A stretch of DNA of 59,873 nucleotides from Natronospiraceae bacterium (GCA_007133205.1 SLND01000033.1:1-59873); one strand, 5' to 3'; shown: positions 1-11,202, counted from the stretch's first letter. Notes: a model not told the origin generated them from the sequence alone. Program-made: numbers and translations.

Positions 1-1280
1 ATGTCCGCGTACTGGCCTTCGGCGAGGGTGCCCCAGCGATCTTCCACGCCCATGAAACTGGCGGGCCAGTAGGTGGCCGAGCGCAGTGCATCCATCGCGG
101 GTACGTCCAGCACCCGGACCCAGACATCGAGTTCATTCCAGGTGGCATCACACTGGAACTTGAGCGGGATGCCGGAATCAGTGCCGATCAGCAGAATCAC
201 TCCGGATTCGCGCAACTGCTGGAACTTGCGTTCAATGGTGCGCTTTCGTTCCGGGTGCAACTGGTAATACTCCAGCCGTTCCGGGTTCTGGACCGACTCC
301 TCGATATCGGCGATGGTGTCTTCCTCAAGACCCCGGTGCCAGCAGTCGTTTTCCAGGCGTTCCGGTTGTTCGCGGATATCGGGATAGTTCCAAAGGCCTT
401 CCAGCGTGGGCGTCCAGTACAGGGGCGCCCCATGCACCCGTCCGGTGGCGGTCCGCTCTCGCAACTCGCGGATGATGTCCTCCGGATACTCGGGGGCCGT
501 GGTGAGACCGGTATGCTCGAAGTTGTCCACGCCGATCTCCAGGCCCACGCGGATTTCGTCCGGTCGATGGGAATGGGCGACCACCGGCATGTCGTGGGCA
601 TGCGCCTCATCGACTACCGCCTGGGCCTCTTCGATCGACATCAGGTCCTGATCCACCAGTTTGACCACATCCATGTCCGCCTCGGCCAGGCGCGCCACCT
701 GTTCGCGCGCATGTTCGGGACTGTCCACGCCCCAGCGGTAGTGTTCGGTATCCGGATACGGTTCCGGCTGGATGAAGGGCCCGGATACAAACAGTCTCGG
801 TCCGGCAATCTCGCCGTCCTCGATCCGGTCACGAATCTGTGCCGATTCTTCCAGTGGGGCACCCAGGTCGCGGGCGGTGGTCACGCCCGCGAGCAACAAC
901 TGTTCGGCGGCCGCCGGCATGATTTCATCACCGAGCCGATCCTTGTAGGTCGGATGCCAGTGATCGTAGTCGGTATGCCCCACCAGCATCAGGTGGGCAT
1001 GCATCTCCCAGAGACCCGGCATCACGGTCATGCCGTTCATGTCGATTTCTTCATAGCCATCCGGCACCGCCAGTTCCTCGCGGGTGCCCACCGCATCGAT
1101 GGTGTTGCCCCTGACCAGGATCACGCTGTCTTCCACCGGACCGCCGACATAACCATCGACCATCGTGCCGCCCACCAGGGCCCGTTTGTCGGCATGGGCC
1201 AGGGGTGTGGCAATCAGGCCGGCAACAGCCAGCAGGGAAACCAGCAATGAAAGGATTACGGCATTGCATCTGCCTTGCAT
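1..1280 (-). CDS. Exported metal-dependent amidohydrolase family protein (3' end outside window)
   Basis: Absent from the ORF track because it runs off the window edge. Minus-strand reading from ATG at 1280 (GGAG 6 nt upstream) gives the signal peptide MQGRCNAVILSLLVSLLAVAGLIATPLAHA. Downstream motifs are GMTVMPGLWEMHAHL, DMPVVAHSH and VILLIGTDSG, typical of amidohydrolases. The + strand ORF 255..1250 is its antisense shadow. Confidence 0.75.
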   Translation of the reverse strand, partial: MQGRCNAVILSLLVSLLAVAGLIATPLAHADKRALVGGTMVDGYVGGPVEDSVILVRGNTIDAVGTREELAVPDGYEEIDMNGMTVMPGLWEMHAHLMLVGHTDYDHWHPTYKDRLGDEIMPAAAEQLLLAGVTTARDLGAPLEESAQIRDRIEDGEIAGPRLFVSGPFIQPEPYPDTEHYRWGVDSPEHAREQVARLAEADMDVVKLVDQDLMSIEEAQAVVDEAHAHDMPVVAHSHRPDEIRVGLEIGVDNFEHTGLTTAPEYPEDIIRELRERTATGRVHGAPLYWTPTLEGLWNYPDIREQPERLENDCWHRGLEEDTIADIEESVQNPERLEYYQLHPERKRTIERKFQQLRESGVILLIGTDSGIPLKFQCDATWNELDVWVRVLDVPAMDALRSATYWPASFMGVEDRWGTLAEGQYAD

Positions 1281-1319
1281 GGGATAACTCCTTCGGTGCC
1301 TGCAGGAGACGACGCCTGC

Positions 1320-2285
1320 TTACTGTTCCCGACGCGCGGCCAGGAACTCCAGCAGCAGGGCATTGAATGGCTCAGGGTGGGTTTCCATCGGCGAATGACC
1401 CGCGCCCTCGATCAATTCCATCCGGGAATCGGGCAGGGCTTCGGCGAGTTGCCGGCCACTGGAGACCGGCACCCATTCGTCATTCTCGCCCCAGAGGATC
1501 AATGCGGGGGGACCGGCAAAGGCCTCCACCGACACGCCCTTAACGGTCAGCATGTGCTCTACGAAAGCTCCCGGCGTACCGCGCAACTGCAGTGGTTCCA
1601 GGTAGGCCTGCACCGTCTCCGCGTCCGGCTCGCTGCCCCAGGCCGACTCGAGTGCCCGCGCGATCCCTTCCTCGTTGAGCAGGCGCCGACCGGCGACCAC
1701 CGCAATCCAGCGCTGGGTCGGAGGATAGGCAAAGACCGCCCGGCCAATGGGGTTTTCGTCACGTCGCGCCTGGGCGGTGTCGTGACTGCCGCCGGCAAAT
1801 ACCAGGCCCACCGGTGTCCGATCCCATTCAGCGGCCATGCTTGCGATCACGGCCGCACCCATGGAATGACCTATCAGAGTCCATGCCTCGGCTTGTGGTG
1901 CGACCTGTTCCAGAAGCTCTCGTGCCAGGGCAGCCTGGCTGGTACCGGCATCGGCCGGGGCCACCGGAGCACTGTAGCCGAAGGGGGGCAGATCCATGGC
2001 CACCACGTGATAACCGGCCTCGGCCAGTGCCGGGCCGGTCTTGCGCCAGGTATAGATGGAACCGGCCATGCCATGGGCCAGAAAGACATGGCCGAGCGGG
2101 CTGCCCTCCGGCTGCCACTCACGATAATGAATCTGAAAGCCACCGATTTCAGTGATCTCTCCACCAACCGGCGATTGTTCCGGCATCTCGCGATTGGCGC
2201 CGTCGGATATCAGGTAGGGCAGCAATGACAGCCCGCCGACGATGATCACGAACATCGTCAATCCGATCCGGGTGAATCGACTCAT
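1320..2285 (-). CDS. Alpha/beta-fold hydrolase, membrane-anchored
   Basis: 321-aa ORF with an N-terminal TM helix (LTMFVIIVGGLSLLPYL), nucleophile elbow GHSMGA and a C-terminal GAGHSP His motif. Confidence 0.85.
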   Translation of the reverse strand: MSRFTRIGLTMFVIIVGGLSLLPYLISDGANREMPEQSPVGGEITEIGGFQIHYREWQPEGSPLGHVFLAHGMAGSIYTWRKTGPALAEAGYHVVAMDLPPFGYSAPVAPADAGTSQAALARELLEQVAPQAEAWTLIGHSMGAAVIASMAAEWDRTPVGLVFAGGSHDTAQARRDENPIGRAVFAYPPTQRWIAVVAGRRLLNEEGIARALESAWGSEPDAETVQAYLEPLQLRGTPGAFVEHMLTVKGVSVEAFAGPPALILWGENDEWVPVSSGRQLAEALPDSRMELIEGAGHSPMETHPEPFNALLLEFLAARREQ

Positions 2286-3724
2286 TAGCCGGTACCACCC
2301 ACGGTCAGGCCATCCACCCGCAGGGTCGGCTGCCCCACGCCCACCGGCACCGACTGGCCGTCCTTGCCGCAGACGCCGATGCCCTTGTCGAGCTGAAGGT
2401 CATTGCCGACCATGCTGACCCGTTGCAGTACCTCCGGGCCGTTGCCGACCAGCGTGGCACCCTTGACCGGCCGGGTGATTCGGCCCTTCTCGATCAGATA
2501 GGCCTCGTTGGCGGAAAAGACGAACTTGCCGGAGGTGATGTCCACCTGTCCGCCACCGAAATTGACCGCGTAGAGGCCCTTGTCCACCGAACGGATGATT
2601 TCTTCCGGATCATGGGGGCCGGCACGCATATAGGTATTGGTCATGCGCGGCATGGGCAGGTGGGCATAGGATTCGCGGCGTCCGTTGCCGGTGGAGGCGA
2701 CATTCATCAGCCGCGCATTCATGCGATCCTGCATGTAGCCGGTGAGGATGCCGTTCTCGATCAGGGTAGTGCAGTTGGTGGGTGTCCCCTCATCATCAAT
2801 GTTGAGCGAACCACGACGACCCTCGAGAGTGCCATCATCCACCACCGTGCAGTGTTCGTTGGCCACCTTCTCGCCAATGCGACCGGAAAAGGCCGAGGTT
2901 CCCTTGCGATTGAAATCCCCTTCCAGGCCGTGCCCCACCGCTTCGTGCAGCAGGACCCCGGGCCAGCCCGGACCGAGGACCACGGTCATGGTGCCTGCCG
3001 GGGCCTCCACTGCCTCGAGATTGACCAGGGCCACGCGCGCCGCTTCCCGCGCCAGCTCGGCGGGCTGGTCGCCGTTGACGAAATCGACGAAGCCGTAGCG
3101 TCCGCCGGCGCCGGCAAAGCCCTCTTCGCGACGTCCGTCCTGTTCGGCGATGCAGGACACATTCATCCGGATCAGGGGACGGACATCCGCCGCCAGGCGA
3201 CCGTCACTGGCGGCCACCAGCACCACTTCGTGGACCCCGACCAGCGAGACCTGGACCTTCTTGATGCGGGAATCCTGAGCGCGTGCGATCTCGTCCACCT
3301 TCTGCAACAGGGCGACCTTTTCATCCGCGCCCAGGGTCTCGATCGGATCCACCGGCAGGTACAGGCTGCGGCCCTGCTCGGCGCGCCAGGCCTGCAATTG
3401 CCCACTCTGCCCGTGGGCGGCAATCGCGCGCGCCATTTCCGAGGAGCGCTCCAGGGCGGGCATGCGGATTTCATCGGAATAGGCAAAGCCGGTCTTCTCA
3501 CCGGCCACGGCGCGCAGGCCCACGCCCCGATCGAGACTGTGTCCGCCATCCTTGACGATGCCATCCTCCAGCGCCCAGGACTCGCGCCGGCGCAACTGAA
3601 AGTACAGGTCCGCCTCGTCGATGGACGGGCTCATCATCCGACCGAGCACCTTTGACAGGGCGTTCTCATCCAGCCCGCCCGGTTCCAGCAGACTGCTTTT
3701 CGCGATCTCGATCGCTCCACTCAT
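2285..3724 (-). CDS. tldD: Metalloprotease TldD
   Basis: 479 aa with [12 protein letters not shown] zinc motif and TldD-like N- and C-termini. Conserved neighbourhood with the nit-like hydrolase and yhdP. Confidence 0.95.
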   Translation of the reverse strand: MSGAIEIAKSSLLEPGGLDENALSKVLGRMMSPSIDEADLYFQLRRRESWALEDGIVKDGGHSLDRGVGLRAVAGEKTGFAYSDEIRMPALERSSEMARAIAAHGQSGQLQAWRAEQGRSLYLPVDPIETLGADEKVALLQKVDEIARAQDSRIKKVQVSLVGVHEVVLVAASDGRLAADVRPLIRMNVSCIAEQDGRREEGFAGAGGRYGFVDFVNGDQPAELAREAARVALVNLEAVEAPAGTMTVVLGPGWPGVLLHEAVGHGLEGDFNRKGTSAFSGRIGEKVANEHCTVVDDGTLEGRRGSLNIDDEGTPTNCTTLIENGILTGYMQDRMNARLMNVASTGNGRRESYAHLPMPRMTNTYMRAGPHDPEEIIRSVDKGLYAVNFGGGQVDITSGKFVFSANEAYLIEKGRITRPVKGATLVGNGPEVLQRVSMVGNDLQLDKGIGVCGKDGQSVPVGVGQPTLRVDGLTVGGTG

Positions 3725-3756
3725 GATTTCGGGCTTCCTCTCGCTTGTCCTGCGTT

Positions 3757-4650
3757 CTAGTCAGACCGGGTCCGTGGTCCGAAGGACCACAGCTGCTCGC
3801 GGCGATGCTCCAGTACCGGGAAACGTTCCCGCAGCCGGTTTCGCTTTTCCGGGGCCACGGGCGCGGTGACTACCCCCGCCCCCTGCTGCTGTTCGGCCAC
3901 CACCACGCCCCAGGGATCGACAATCAGGCTGTGCCCCCAGGTCTCGCGGCCATCCACGTGATAGCCACCCTGGGCACCGGCAATCACCCAGGCCAGGTTT
4001 TCCACCGCACGTGCCCGGCAGAGCATTTCCCAGTGAGCACGGCCGGTCTGCACGGTAAAGGCCGAGGGCACCGCAAAGACTTCGGCGCCCTGGGCCGCCA
4101 TGGCCCTGAAGAGTTCCGGAAAGCGCAGGTCGTAGCACACGGCCAGCCCCAGCCGGCCGACGGGCGAGTCAATCACGACCACCTCGTCGCCGGCCCGGGT
4201 GGAGGCGGATTCGTGATAGCGCTCGTCGCTGTCGGGAATGCTGACATCGAACAGGTGCATCTTGTCGAAACGCGCCCGCCGCTCGCCATCGGCATCGAAG
4301 ACCAGGCAGCTCCCGGTGCACTTGTCGTCACCAGCCGTGAGCGGGATGGTTCCTCCCACGATCCACATCCGGTGTTTTCTCGCCTGAGACGCGAGCCACT
4401 CCTGCAGCGGGCCGGATCCCTCCGGCTCGGCTTCGGAGAGGCGTTCTTCGTCGCGCCGCCCGAGCATGGCGAAGTTTTCGGGCAGCACCGCCAGAGAGGC
4501 ACCCGCCGCGGCCGCCTCGCCAAGCAGGCGATCCGCCTCGATCAGATTGGCACTCACCTTCGGCCCCGACGCCATCTGGATGGCGGCGGCAACGGGTGGA
4601 GCGTTGTCCTGTGATCCCCTGTTATCGCTCAAAGCCGTCCCCTTACTCAC
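3757..4650 (-). CDS. Carbon-nitrogen hydrolase (nitrilase superfamily) protein
   Basis: 297 aa. VAAAIQM start of the CN-hydrolase fold, LAVLPENF (catalytic Glu region), FDKMHLFD (Lys) and [11 protein letters not shown] (Cys). Usual partner of tldD/yhdP in gammaproteobacteria. Confidence 0.9.
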   Translation of the reverse strand: MSKGTALSDNRGSQDNAPPVAAAIQMASGPKVSANLIEADRLLGEAAAAGASLAVLPENFAMLGRRDEERLSEAEPEGSGPLQEWLASQARKHRMWIVGGTIPLTAGDDKCTGSCLVFDADGERRARFDKMHLFDVSIPDSDERYHESASTRAGDEVVVIDSPVGRLGLAVCYDLRFPELFRAMAAQGAEVFAVPSAFTVQTGRAHWEMLCRARAVENLAWVIAGAQGGYHVDGRETWGHSLIVDPWGVVVAEQQQGAGVVTAPVAPEKRNRLRERFPVLEHRREQLWSFGPRTRSD

Positions 4651-4733
4651 TTATTTGGCATCTGCCGTGAATTCCTGTCCCGCTCCAGTTTCGACCATAT
4701 TCCAGCTCATGGGTGCGCTGAACCAGGGTCGAT

Positions 4734-5084
4734 TCATTCGACCGCAAGCTCCAGTGTCCCTTCGGTCGCGGCACCCGGATAGAGTTCCACCCGATCCGGC
4801 TCCAGGCCGAGGGCCACCAGCCAGCCCCGCAGTTCACTGGCCCACAATTGCCCGGACTCGCCACCCGGATAGCGGACAATCAGACGGGCGTCTTCCTCGG
4901 CCAGCCAGGCCTGGACTGCCTCGCGCACCGGTGCCATGTCGGCCACTACTTCCCCGCTGCGTGGCCGGGCCCAGGCATCGGCCTCCAGGGTCCAGCTTTC
5001 GGCGACCACGAGACCGGGCACCGCCAGCAACACCCCGCTCAGCAGCATTCCACTCATCCATCGCCTGGCACTGTTTGTATTCAT
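4734..5084 (-). CDS. Hypothetical small exported protein
   Basis: ORF 4734..5135. The internal ATG at 5084 gives a classic signal peptide, MNTNSARRWMSGMLLSGVLLAVPGLVVA. An alternative ATG at 5132 overlaps the yhdP TGA by 1 nt. No recognisable family. Confidence 0.5.
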   Translation of the reverse strand: MNTNSARRWMSGMLLSGVLLAVPGLVVAESWTLEADAWARPRSGEVVADMAPVREAVQAWLAEEDARLIVRYPGGESGQLWASELRGWLVALGLEPDRVELYPGAATEGTLELAVE

Positions 5085-5131
5085 TTGAGGATCCCTGCCT
5101 GGCAAATCATTGGCCGTGCAAGCGGTATTCA

Positions 5132-8100
5132 TCAATCAGTCTCCTGGCCAAGCTGCCGCTCGCCATCTTCTTCTCCGTCATCATCCAGCGCGAACACGAG
5201 GGGCTCATCCCAGCTGCCCCGAACCTGGTATTCGGCCTGCCCCATGCGACCCAGGGGGCCGCTGAACACTTCCGAGACCACCAGCAGGGCCGCTCCCACG
5301 CCGGTACCGCCGGCGAGCGCACCGGCGACCGGCAGGACCGCCCCCACCGGTGCTTCCACGGTCATGATCTGATCGTAGTCCTGACTCACCAGACCGGTAC
5401 GCCCCCGGATACGGGCATCTCCCCCAGGGCCGGCGAGACTCAGGTTGCCAGTGTAGGCGTTGCCATCCACCAGGTAGAAATCACCCGTGATTGTGTCAAA
5501 GCTGAGCCCTTCCCCGAAAACATCGCGAAAATCCCCGAACAGGCGGCGCGGCAGGGCGCTCACGCTGAGCAGGCCCAGCAGCCGTCCGGCACCGGGCTGA
5601 ACCTCCCGCAGGGCGCCGCCCTCCAGGTTCAGGGAGACCTGCCCACCAAGGCCTGGAAGCGCGGCCATGCCCGGCGGCCCCGTCCAGTGCAGATTGGCCT
5701 GCAGTTCGCCCAGTTGCGCCTCTAGCCCGGGCAGCAATCCGGCCCGGCGCAGGACTTCCCCGACGTCGGTGCTGCCGAAATCCCCATGCAGGTGCCCGCG
5801 CTGGGCGCCGGTCACCGGATCCGCCAGCCAGGCACCACTGACCCGACCGGTCAGGATGTCCGAATCGAGCCGGAGATCCTCGAGTACGATGCCGTCCGGG
5901 CGAGGACGCAGGCGCATTTCCAGGGCCCCCAACGGTTCGGAATTGAGCGCCAGGGCAGCCACTTCGAGATCCAGCCCCGGCAGGCGCTCCGGTCGCCACT
6001 CCTCCGCGCCATCGCCCTCTTCGGTCCGGTGACGGAGACGGAAGTGGTCCATTTCGGCGCTGATCGTCCCCCGGCTGGTGGCCAGGTCAGTGGGCACGTG
6101 CGCTGTCCCGGTCGCATCTTCACCCTCAAGCTCGAGCCGCCAGAGATCACCCACCGGGCTCAGACGAAAGCCCTGTTCATGCAATGAAATCGGTCCGGCA
6201 TGCAGGCGTTCCACCTGCAGGGCGACTTCCTCCAGGGCCAGGGCCCGGTCGACTTCGACCCGATCTTCCAGGGCCAGCCACTCATCCAGCTGCAATGTTT
6301 CCAGACGGCCGGAAACGCGCAGGCCGGAATCCAGGGGAGCGGGGCTCATCGGCTCGCCATGGTGCACCCGCACACCCGTTACCTCGGCATCCGCATCGAC
6401 TCCGATCACCGCGGCCGTGTCCTGGCCGTACAGGGCCTCGACCCGAGTCGTGTCGAACCCCAGTGCAAAATCCACCTGCAGCCTGCGTGAGGCTTCCGCC
6501 GCCTTGCCCACGGGCTCGGGCAGGGCAATCGCGGTACCGACCAGGTCGGAAAGGAAGCGGACCCGAATGTCTCCCGTGTCCGGTTCATTGGGCACCCGCA
6601 CCCGGCCGGTCCAGTCCTGTCCGCCCTCGGCCATCTGCAGTATGCGCAGGTCGGGCAGGGCTGCACGGACTTCGCTGATGCGGGAATGGCCAACGAGGCT
6701 GACTTCGGTCCACTCGGGCGCATCCTCCGCCGCATCACGCCCGGCCGAGCCCGGATCGATCCGGGCGATGATATCGCCACCGAAGTGACGGGCCCGCAGC
6801 TCATCGGTCCGCACCCCCTTCTCGGTAAATTCGAGCACTCCTTCCAGCTCGCTGACCTCCCCGGGCAGCCAGTCCGCCCCGCCCCGGCCGCCGCTCAGTT
6901 CGGCGTACCCATCGACGCGGGCGGTATCCGGCGCCTCCAGCGGCATCTGGATGGACAGGTCCAGCCCCATCTCGCCATCAAGCTGCACGGGCGCGAGGGG
7001 CTCGCCAAAGTATTCGCCCAGCGGGGTGTCGCGCAGGAAATCCAGGCCATCAGCAATCCGCCCGCTGCCGTGCCCGTCCAGATCCAGCACCGGGTTGTAG
7101 AGGTCGACAATCTCCGCGGTCGCCGCCTCCACTTCGAAACCGGCCATTTCCGCGGTACTGGCGCTGAGACTCATGCGGGTATTGTGAAACAGACCCCCGG
7201 CACGGATACCGGTCACCTGGGGCCAGCCGTCCTCATAGTGGAGTATCCCGTCTTCGGCATTGAAATTGGCGACGAAACGGCCGTCGTCATCCTCGTAGGG
7301 AAAGTCCTCCACCGTCCCCTCGATTTCGAAATGACCGTCGGTCACGGTCCCGGCGACGAAGGCCTGATCGAGCCATTCCACCGCCTCCTCGTCGAGCAGG
7401 TCCACGGGCAGGTAGCGCGCCACCCGGGTGGCATTGTTCTCATGGCCTTCCAGCAGCTCCCCCCGGATATCGAGGTGGGGCGTATCCCCCGGGACGACAC
7501 TGACCTCACCCTCGGCACGGGCCACGCCCTCGACCCCATGGCCCCGCACTTCATCGCTGGCCACATGCCAGCGCTCGCCGTCACGCCACCATTCCAGTTC
7601 ACCCGCGGCACGGCTGATTTCCACCGGTTCCCGGAAGCGATCCGGCCAGTACAGGCGCACGGGGCCGGCATCGAGATCGAAGTCGCCACGATCCAGGTCA
7701 CCCTGGATCCAGCCACTGATGCCCCTCATGCCCGGCTTGTCGTCCCAGGGGGCGAAACCGGCACCACTGACCCGCCCACGGAATTGCAGATCGGTCGGCA
7801 CGTTCTCCTCCCAGGATGACTCGACCGACAGATCGCGCAGTTCACCGCGTGGCCGAAGGCGATCAAGCCACTCGATACCCTCCACCTCCGGGGTAGCCAT
7901 GGTGTTCACCAGGCGGGAAAGATGCTCGACCTCGGCATAACGCAGGCGAGCGCTGACCTTGCCCTTGTCCTGCCAGCTCAGTTCGAGACCACTGGTCGGC
8001 CAGGACTCGCCCCCGCTGTGTACTGCCATTTCACCCGAGGACAGATGCCATCCGTCCCCCTCGGCCGTCCAGCGAAATTCCTCCAGTGCCAGATCGAACA

Positions 8101-9013
8101 GGCCCGGGAACTCGTCCGGATCATGCAGGACGGGCTCCTCGGCCCGGGGACCGAAATCACTCAGTTGCAGTGAACCGGTCATTTCATCCGGCAGGGGGCC
8201 ACGGCCCTGCACAGCCGCCTCAAGGTCGAGCCGACCTTCGAAGGGATGGAGATACTTCTCCGGTCGCAGTCGATTGGCCAGTCCGATCCGGCTCTCGCTC
8301 AGCGCCAATGCGCCCTGCCAGTCCCACTCTTCCGGCTCAGCGGAAGGCCCCTCCGCCGCCGCTTCGAGATGCAATGCACCGCCCAGAGCCTCCGGCAGCG
8401 TAATCCCGAGCGCGAATTCGTGTCTTTCACGGACCGAATGGACATCCAGGTTCTCGATACCCAGTCGCCAGGGGCCCAGCTCCAGGGCGTCATCGCGATA
8501 ACGCAGGCGGCTATCCTCCAGTCGATAGTCGGCACGTGCCAGCACCCGTTCCAGCACCTCGCGCCATTCCACTTCCGGCTCGGTGCCATCATCCAGTTCC
8601 AGTCCCGGCACGGTGAATTCACCCTCGGCCGTGCGCACCAGCGCGAAATCCGCACCGCTCACCACCACCCGGCCGGGACGCAGTGGGCCGGGGCGGACCA
8701 GGTCGAGCAGGGAAAAGCGCACCCGCAGCTGCTCGGCCCGTGCAAAGGGTGAAGCGCCCTCTTCCGGATACAGGGCCACCTCCGAAAAGACCATCTCCGG
8801 TACCAGGCCGCGCCAGCGCAGATCCATCTCCTCGATCACCACCGGCCACCCCGCCGCGTCACCCGCCCAGTCGGCGATCTGCTCGCGGTAGTCGGGGGCC
8901 AGGGGCAACAACAGGCGGAAGGCACCAACCACCGCCGCGAGGAAGATCAGGCCGGTGGCGAGCAGGATGAAGATCAGGCGACGCAGACGCTGGCGCCAGG
9001 TACGCTCACTCAT
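5132..9013 (-). CDS. yhdP: YhdP-family (AsmA-like) envelope-spanning protein
   Basis: 1293 aa with an N-terminal TM anchor (LIFILLATGLIFLAAVVGAF). Size and position between rng and nit/tldD match YhdP. Confidence 0.9.
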   Translation of the reverse strand: MSERTWRQRLRRLIFILLATGLIFLAAVVGAFRLLLPLAPDYREQIADWAGDAAGWPVVIEEMDLRWRGLVPEMVFSEVALYPEEGASPFARAEQLRVRFSLLDLVRPGPLRPGRVVVSGADFALVRTAEGEFTVPGLELDDGTEPEVEWREVLERVLARADYRLEDSRLRYRDDALELGPWRLGIENLDVHSVRERHEFALGITLPEALGGALHLEAAAEGPSAEPEEWDWQGALALSESRIGLANRLRPEKYLHPFEGRLDLEAAVQGRGPLPDEMTGSLQLSDFGPRAEEPVLHDPDEFPGLFDLALEEFRWTAEGDGWHLSSGEMAVHSGGESWPTSGLELSWQDKGKVSARLRYAEVEHLSRLVNTMATPEVEGIEWLDRLRPRGELRDLSVESSWEENVPTDLQFRGRVSGAGFAPWDDKPGMRGISGWIQGDLDRGDFDLDAGPVRLYWPDRFREPVEISRAAGELEWWRDGERWHVASDEVRGHGVEGVARAEGEVSVVPGDTPHLDIRGELLEGHENNATRVARYLPVDLLDEEAVEWLDQAFVAGTVTDGHFEIEGTVEDFPYEDDDGRFVANFNAEDGILHYEDGWPQVTGIRAGGLFHNTRMSLSASTAEMAGFEVEAATAEIVDLYNPVLDLDGHGSGRIADGLDFLRDTPLGEYFGEPLAPVQLDGEMGLDLSIQMPLEAPDTARVDGYAELSGGRGGADWLPGEVSELEGVLEFTEKGVRTDELRARHFGGDIIARIDPGSAGRDAAEDAPEWTEVSLVGHSRISEVRAALPDLRILQMAEGGQDWTGRVRVPNEPDTGDIRVRFLSDLVGTAIALPEPVGKAAEASRRLQVDFALGFDTTRVEALYGQDTAAVIGVDADAEVTGVRVHHGEPMSPAPLDSGLRVSGRLETLQLDEWLALEDRVEVDRALALEEVALQVERLHAGPISLHEQGFRLSPVGDLWRLELEGEDATGTAHVPTDLATSRGTISAEMDHFRLRHRTEEGDGAEEWRPERLPGLDLEVAALALNSEPLGALEMRLRPRPDGIVLEDLRLDSDILTGRVSGAWLADPVTGAQRGHLHGDFGSTDVGEVLRRAGLLPGLEAQLGELQANLHWTGPPGMAALPGLGGQVSLNLEGGALREVQPGAGRLLGLLSVSALPRRLFGDFRDVFGEGLSFDTITGDFYLVDGNAYTGNLSLAGPGGDARIRGRTGLVSQDYDQIMTVEAPVGAVLPVAGALAGGTGVGAALLVVSEVFSGPLGRMGQAEYQVRGSWDEPLVFALDDDGEEDGERQLGQETD

Positions 9014-9049
9014 GGCGCACCTCGCTCGCGGACCATCGTCCTGGCCGTT

Positions 9050-10519
9050 TCAGGTGGGAACCACATCGAACTGCTCCTGCCCGTACTGGGTCTCCACCTG
9101 AAGACGGATGGGCTTGCCCACCATCTCTTCCACTTCGGCCAGGCTGGCCGATTCCTCGTCCAGCAACAGATCGACCACGGACTGGGAAGCCAGCACCAGC
9201 AGCTCCTGGACCTCGTACTGTCCGGCCTCACGCAGGATCTCGCGAAAGATGTCGAAGCAGACGGTCTCCGCCGACTTGACCGAACCGCGACCGCGGCAGG
9301 CGGGACAGGGTTCGCAAAGCACGTGCTCCAGGCTTTCCCGGGTGCGCTTGCGGGTCATTTCCACCAGTCCCAGCGACGAAACCTCGCAGACATGACTTTT
9401 AGCCGGATCCGAGGCGAGGGCCCGCTCCAGGGCATTCATCACCAGGGCACGATGTTCGGGGTCATCCATGTCGATGAAATCGATGATGATGATCCCGCCC
9501 AGGTTGCGCAGGCGCAGTTGCCGGGCGATCACCCGGGCTGATTCGAGATTGGTCTTGAGTACTGTTTCATCCAGATTGCGGTTACCCACGAAACCACCGG
9601 TATTGACGTCGATGGTGGTCATCGCTTCGGTCTGGTCGATGATCAGGTGACCGCCGGACTTGAGATTGACCCGGCGTTCCAGGGCGCGATTGATCTCATC
9701 GTCCACCCCGTGAAGATCGAAGATCGGGCGGTGACCCTGGTAATAGACCACCCGGTCACTGAACTCGGGAATGAACTGCTCGGCGAAATGCCGGGTCCAT
9801 TCGTAGGTTTCCCGGCAGTCCACCCGGACGATTTCCACCCCCTCTCCCATCATGTCGCGCATGATCCGTCCGGGCAGCGGCAGATCTTCATGGATGAGGC
9901 TGCCGGCCGGGGCATCCCGAAAGGCAGCGCTGATCGATTCCCACAAACGGGAGAGGAAGATCATGTCGGCACGCAATGCCTCGATCGAGGCATCCTCGCC
10001 AGCGGTTCGCACGATATAGCCACCGCCGGCATCCGGCTCGAGAAAGGAGTCCACCGCGTTCTTCAGTCGGGCCCGTTCGTGTGTATCCTCGATCCGCACC
10101 GAAAGGCCAACGCCACGTCCGTAGGGGAGATAGACGAGATAGCGTGATGGAATGCTGATCTGGGTGGTCAGGCGCGCGCCCTTGGTACCCAGCGGATCCT
10201 TGAGCACCTGAACCAGAATTTCCTTGCCTTCATGCACCAGGTCCCGAATGTCCGGGGTGCCGGCAGTAATCTCGTTCTCTTCGGAATGAGGCGAGCGACT
10301 GATATCGGAAGCATGCAGGAAAGCGGTCCGGTCCAGGCCGACGTCAATGAAGGCCGCCTGCATCCCCGGCAGGACCCGTGACACCCGCCCCTTGTAGAGA
10401 TTGCCCACCAGGCCGCGGCTGTGGGAACGCTCCACCATCACTTCCTGGAGTACGCCGTTTTCCACCACCGCCACCCGGGTCTCCCGCGGGGTGATATTGA
10501 CCAGAATTTCCTCGCTCAT
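9050..10519 (-). CDS. rng: Ribonuclease G
   Basis: 489 aa. N-terminal S1 domain (ILVNITPRETRVAVVENGVLQEV) and RNase E/G catalytic core (IDVNTGGFVG). Lies downstream of maf. Confidence 0.95.
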   Translation of the reverse strand: MSEEILVNITPRETRVAVVENGVLQEVMVERSHSRGLVGNLYKGRVSRVLPGMQAAFIDVGLDRTAFLHASDISRSPHSEENEITAGTPDIRDLVHEGKEILVQVLKDPLGTKGARLTTQISIPSRYLVYLPYGRGVGLSVRIEDTHERARLKNAVDSFLEPDAGGGYIVRTAGEDASIEALRADMIFLSRLWESISAAFRDAPAGSLIHEDLPLPGRIMRDMMGEGVEIVRVDCRETYEWTRHFAEQFIPEFSDRVVYYQGHRPIFDLHGVDDEINRALERRVNLKSGGHLIIDQTEAMTTIDVNTGGFVGNRNLDETVLKTNLESARVIARQLRLRNLGGIIIIDFIDMDDPEHRALVMNALERALASDPAKSHVCEVSSLGLVEMTRKRTRESLEHVLCEPCPACRGRGSVKSAETVCFDIFREILREAGQYEVQELLVLASQSVVDLLLDEESASLAEVEEMVGKPIRLQVETQYGQEQFDVVPT

Positions 10520-10587
10520 CGAATACCCGCATCCGGCTCACGACCCGCCCGGCACTCCCGGGCGGGACAACATCCCATGTTCTCATA

Positions 10588-11202
10588 TTATTCCACCGGG
10601 CCGATTCCCGCGCGGCGCCGCCCGAGCAGCGGAATCCCCGCGTCCGTCAGCAGGCGGGCGGTTTCGAACACCGGCAGGCCCATGACCCCCGAAAAGCTCC
10701 CCTCCAGGCGCTCCACGAAGATACCCCCCAGGCCCTGGATGGCGTAGGCACCGGCCTTGTCCGCGGGCTCCCCGGTGTCCCAGTAGGCGGCGATTTCCTC
10801 CCGCGCCAGGGATCGGAAACGGACCCGGCTGCGATTAAGGCGCACTGTCTCACCCTCCGGTCCTGCCAGCGCCACCGAACTGAGCACTTCATGTTCGCGT
10901 CCCGACAGGGCCGAGAGCATCGCAATCCCGTGGTCGCGGTCACGCGGCTTGCCCAGGGGCTCGCCATCGAGGATGACCGCGGTATCGGAACCGAGGACTA
11001 CCGCACCGGGATGCGTCTTCGCGACAGTACGCGCCTTGTCCAGACCGAGGCGGCGGACAAGGTCCCCGGGTGATTCCCCGTCATGGCGACCCTCATCAAT
11101 CGCCGCCGGCTGCACTTCGAATTCCAGACCCAGGCCCGCGAGCAGTTCGCGGCGCCGTGGAGAGGCGGAAGCGAGTATCAGGCGGGGGGAAGATTCGCTC
11201 AT
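10588..11202 (-). CDS. maf: Maf-family nucleoside-triphosphate pyrophosphatase
   Basis: LILASASPRRRELL N-terminal motif and AGAYAIQG motif. Start uncertain (ATG 11202 or 11220). Confidence 0.9.
   Translation of the reverse strand: MSESSPRLILASASPRRRELLAGLGLEFEVQPAAIDEGRHDGESPGDLVRRLGLDKARTVAKTHPGAVVLGSDTAVILDGEPLGKPRDRDHGIAMLSALSGREHEVLSSVALAGPEGETVRLNRSRVRFRSLAREEIAAYWDTGEPADKAGAYAIQGLGGIFVERLEGSFSGVMGLPVFETARLLTDAGIPLLGRRRAGIGPVE

Noticed and set aside
255-1250. 331-aa + strand ORF (and 197..610, 1051..1269 on the minus strand)
   Set aside because: His/Gly/Arg-rich nonsense composition. It is the antisense or off-frame shadow of the minus-strand amidohydrolase, which reads cleanly with recognisable motifs.
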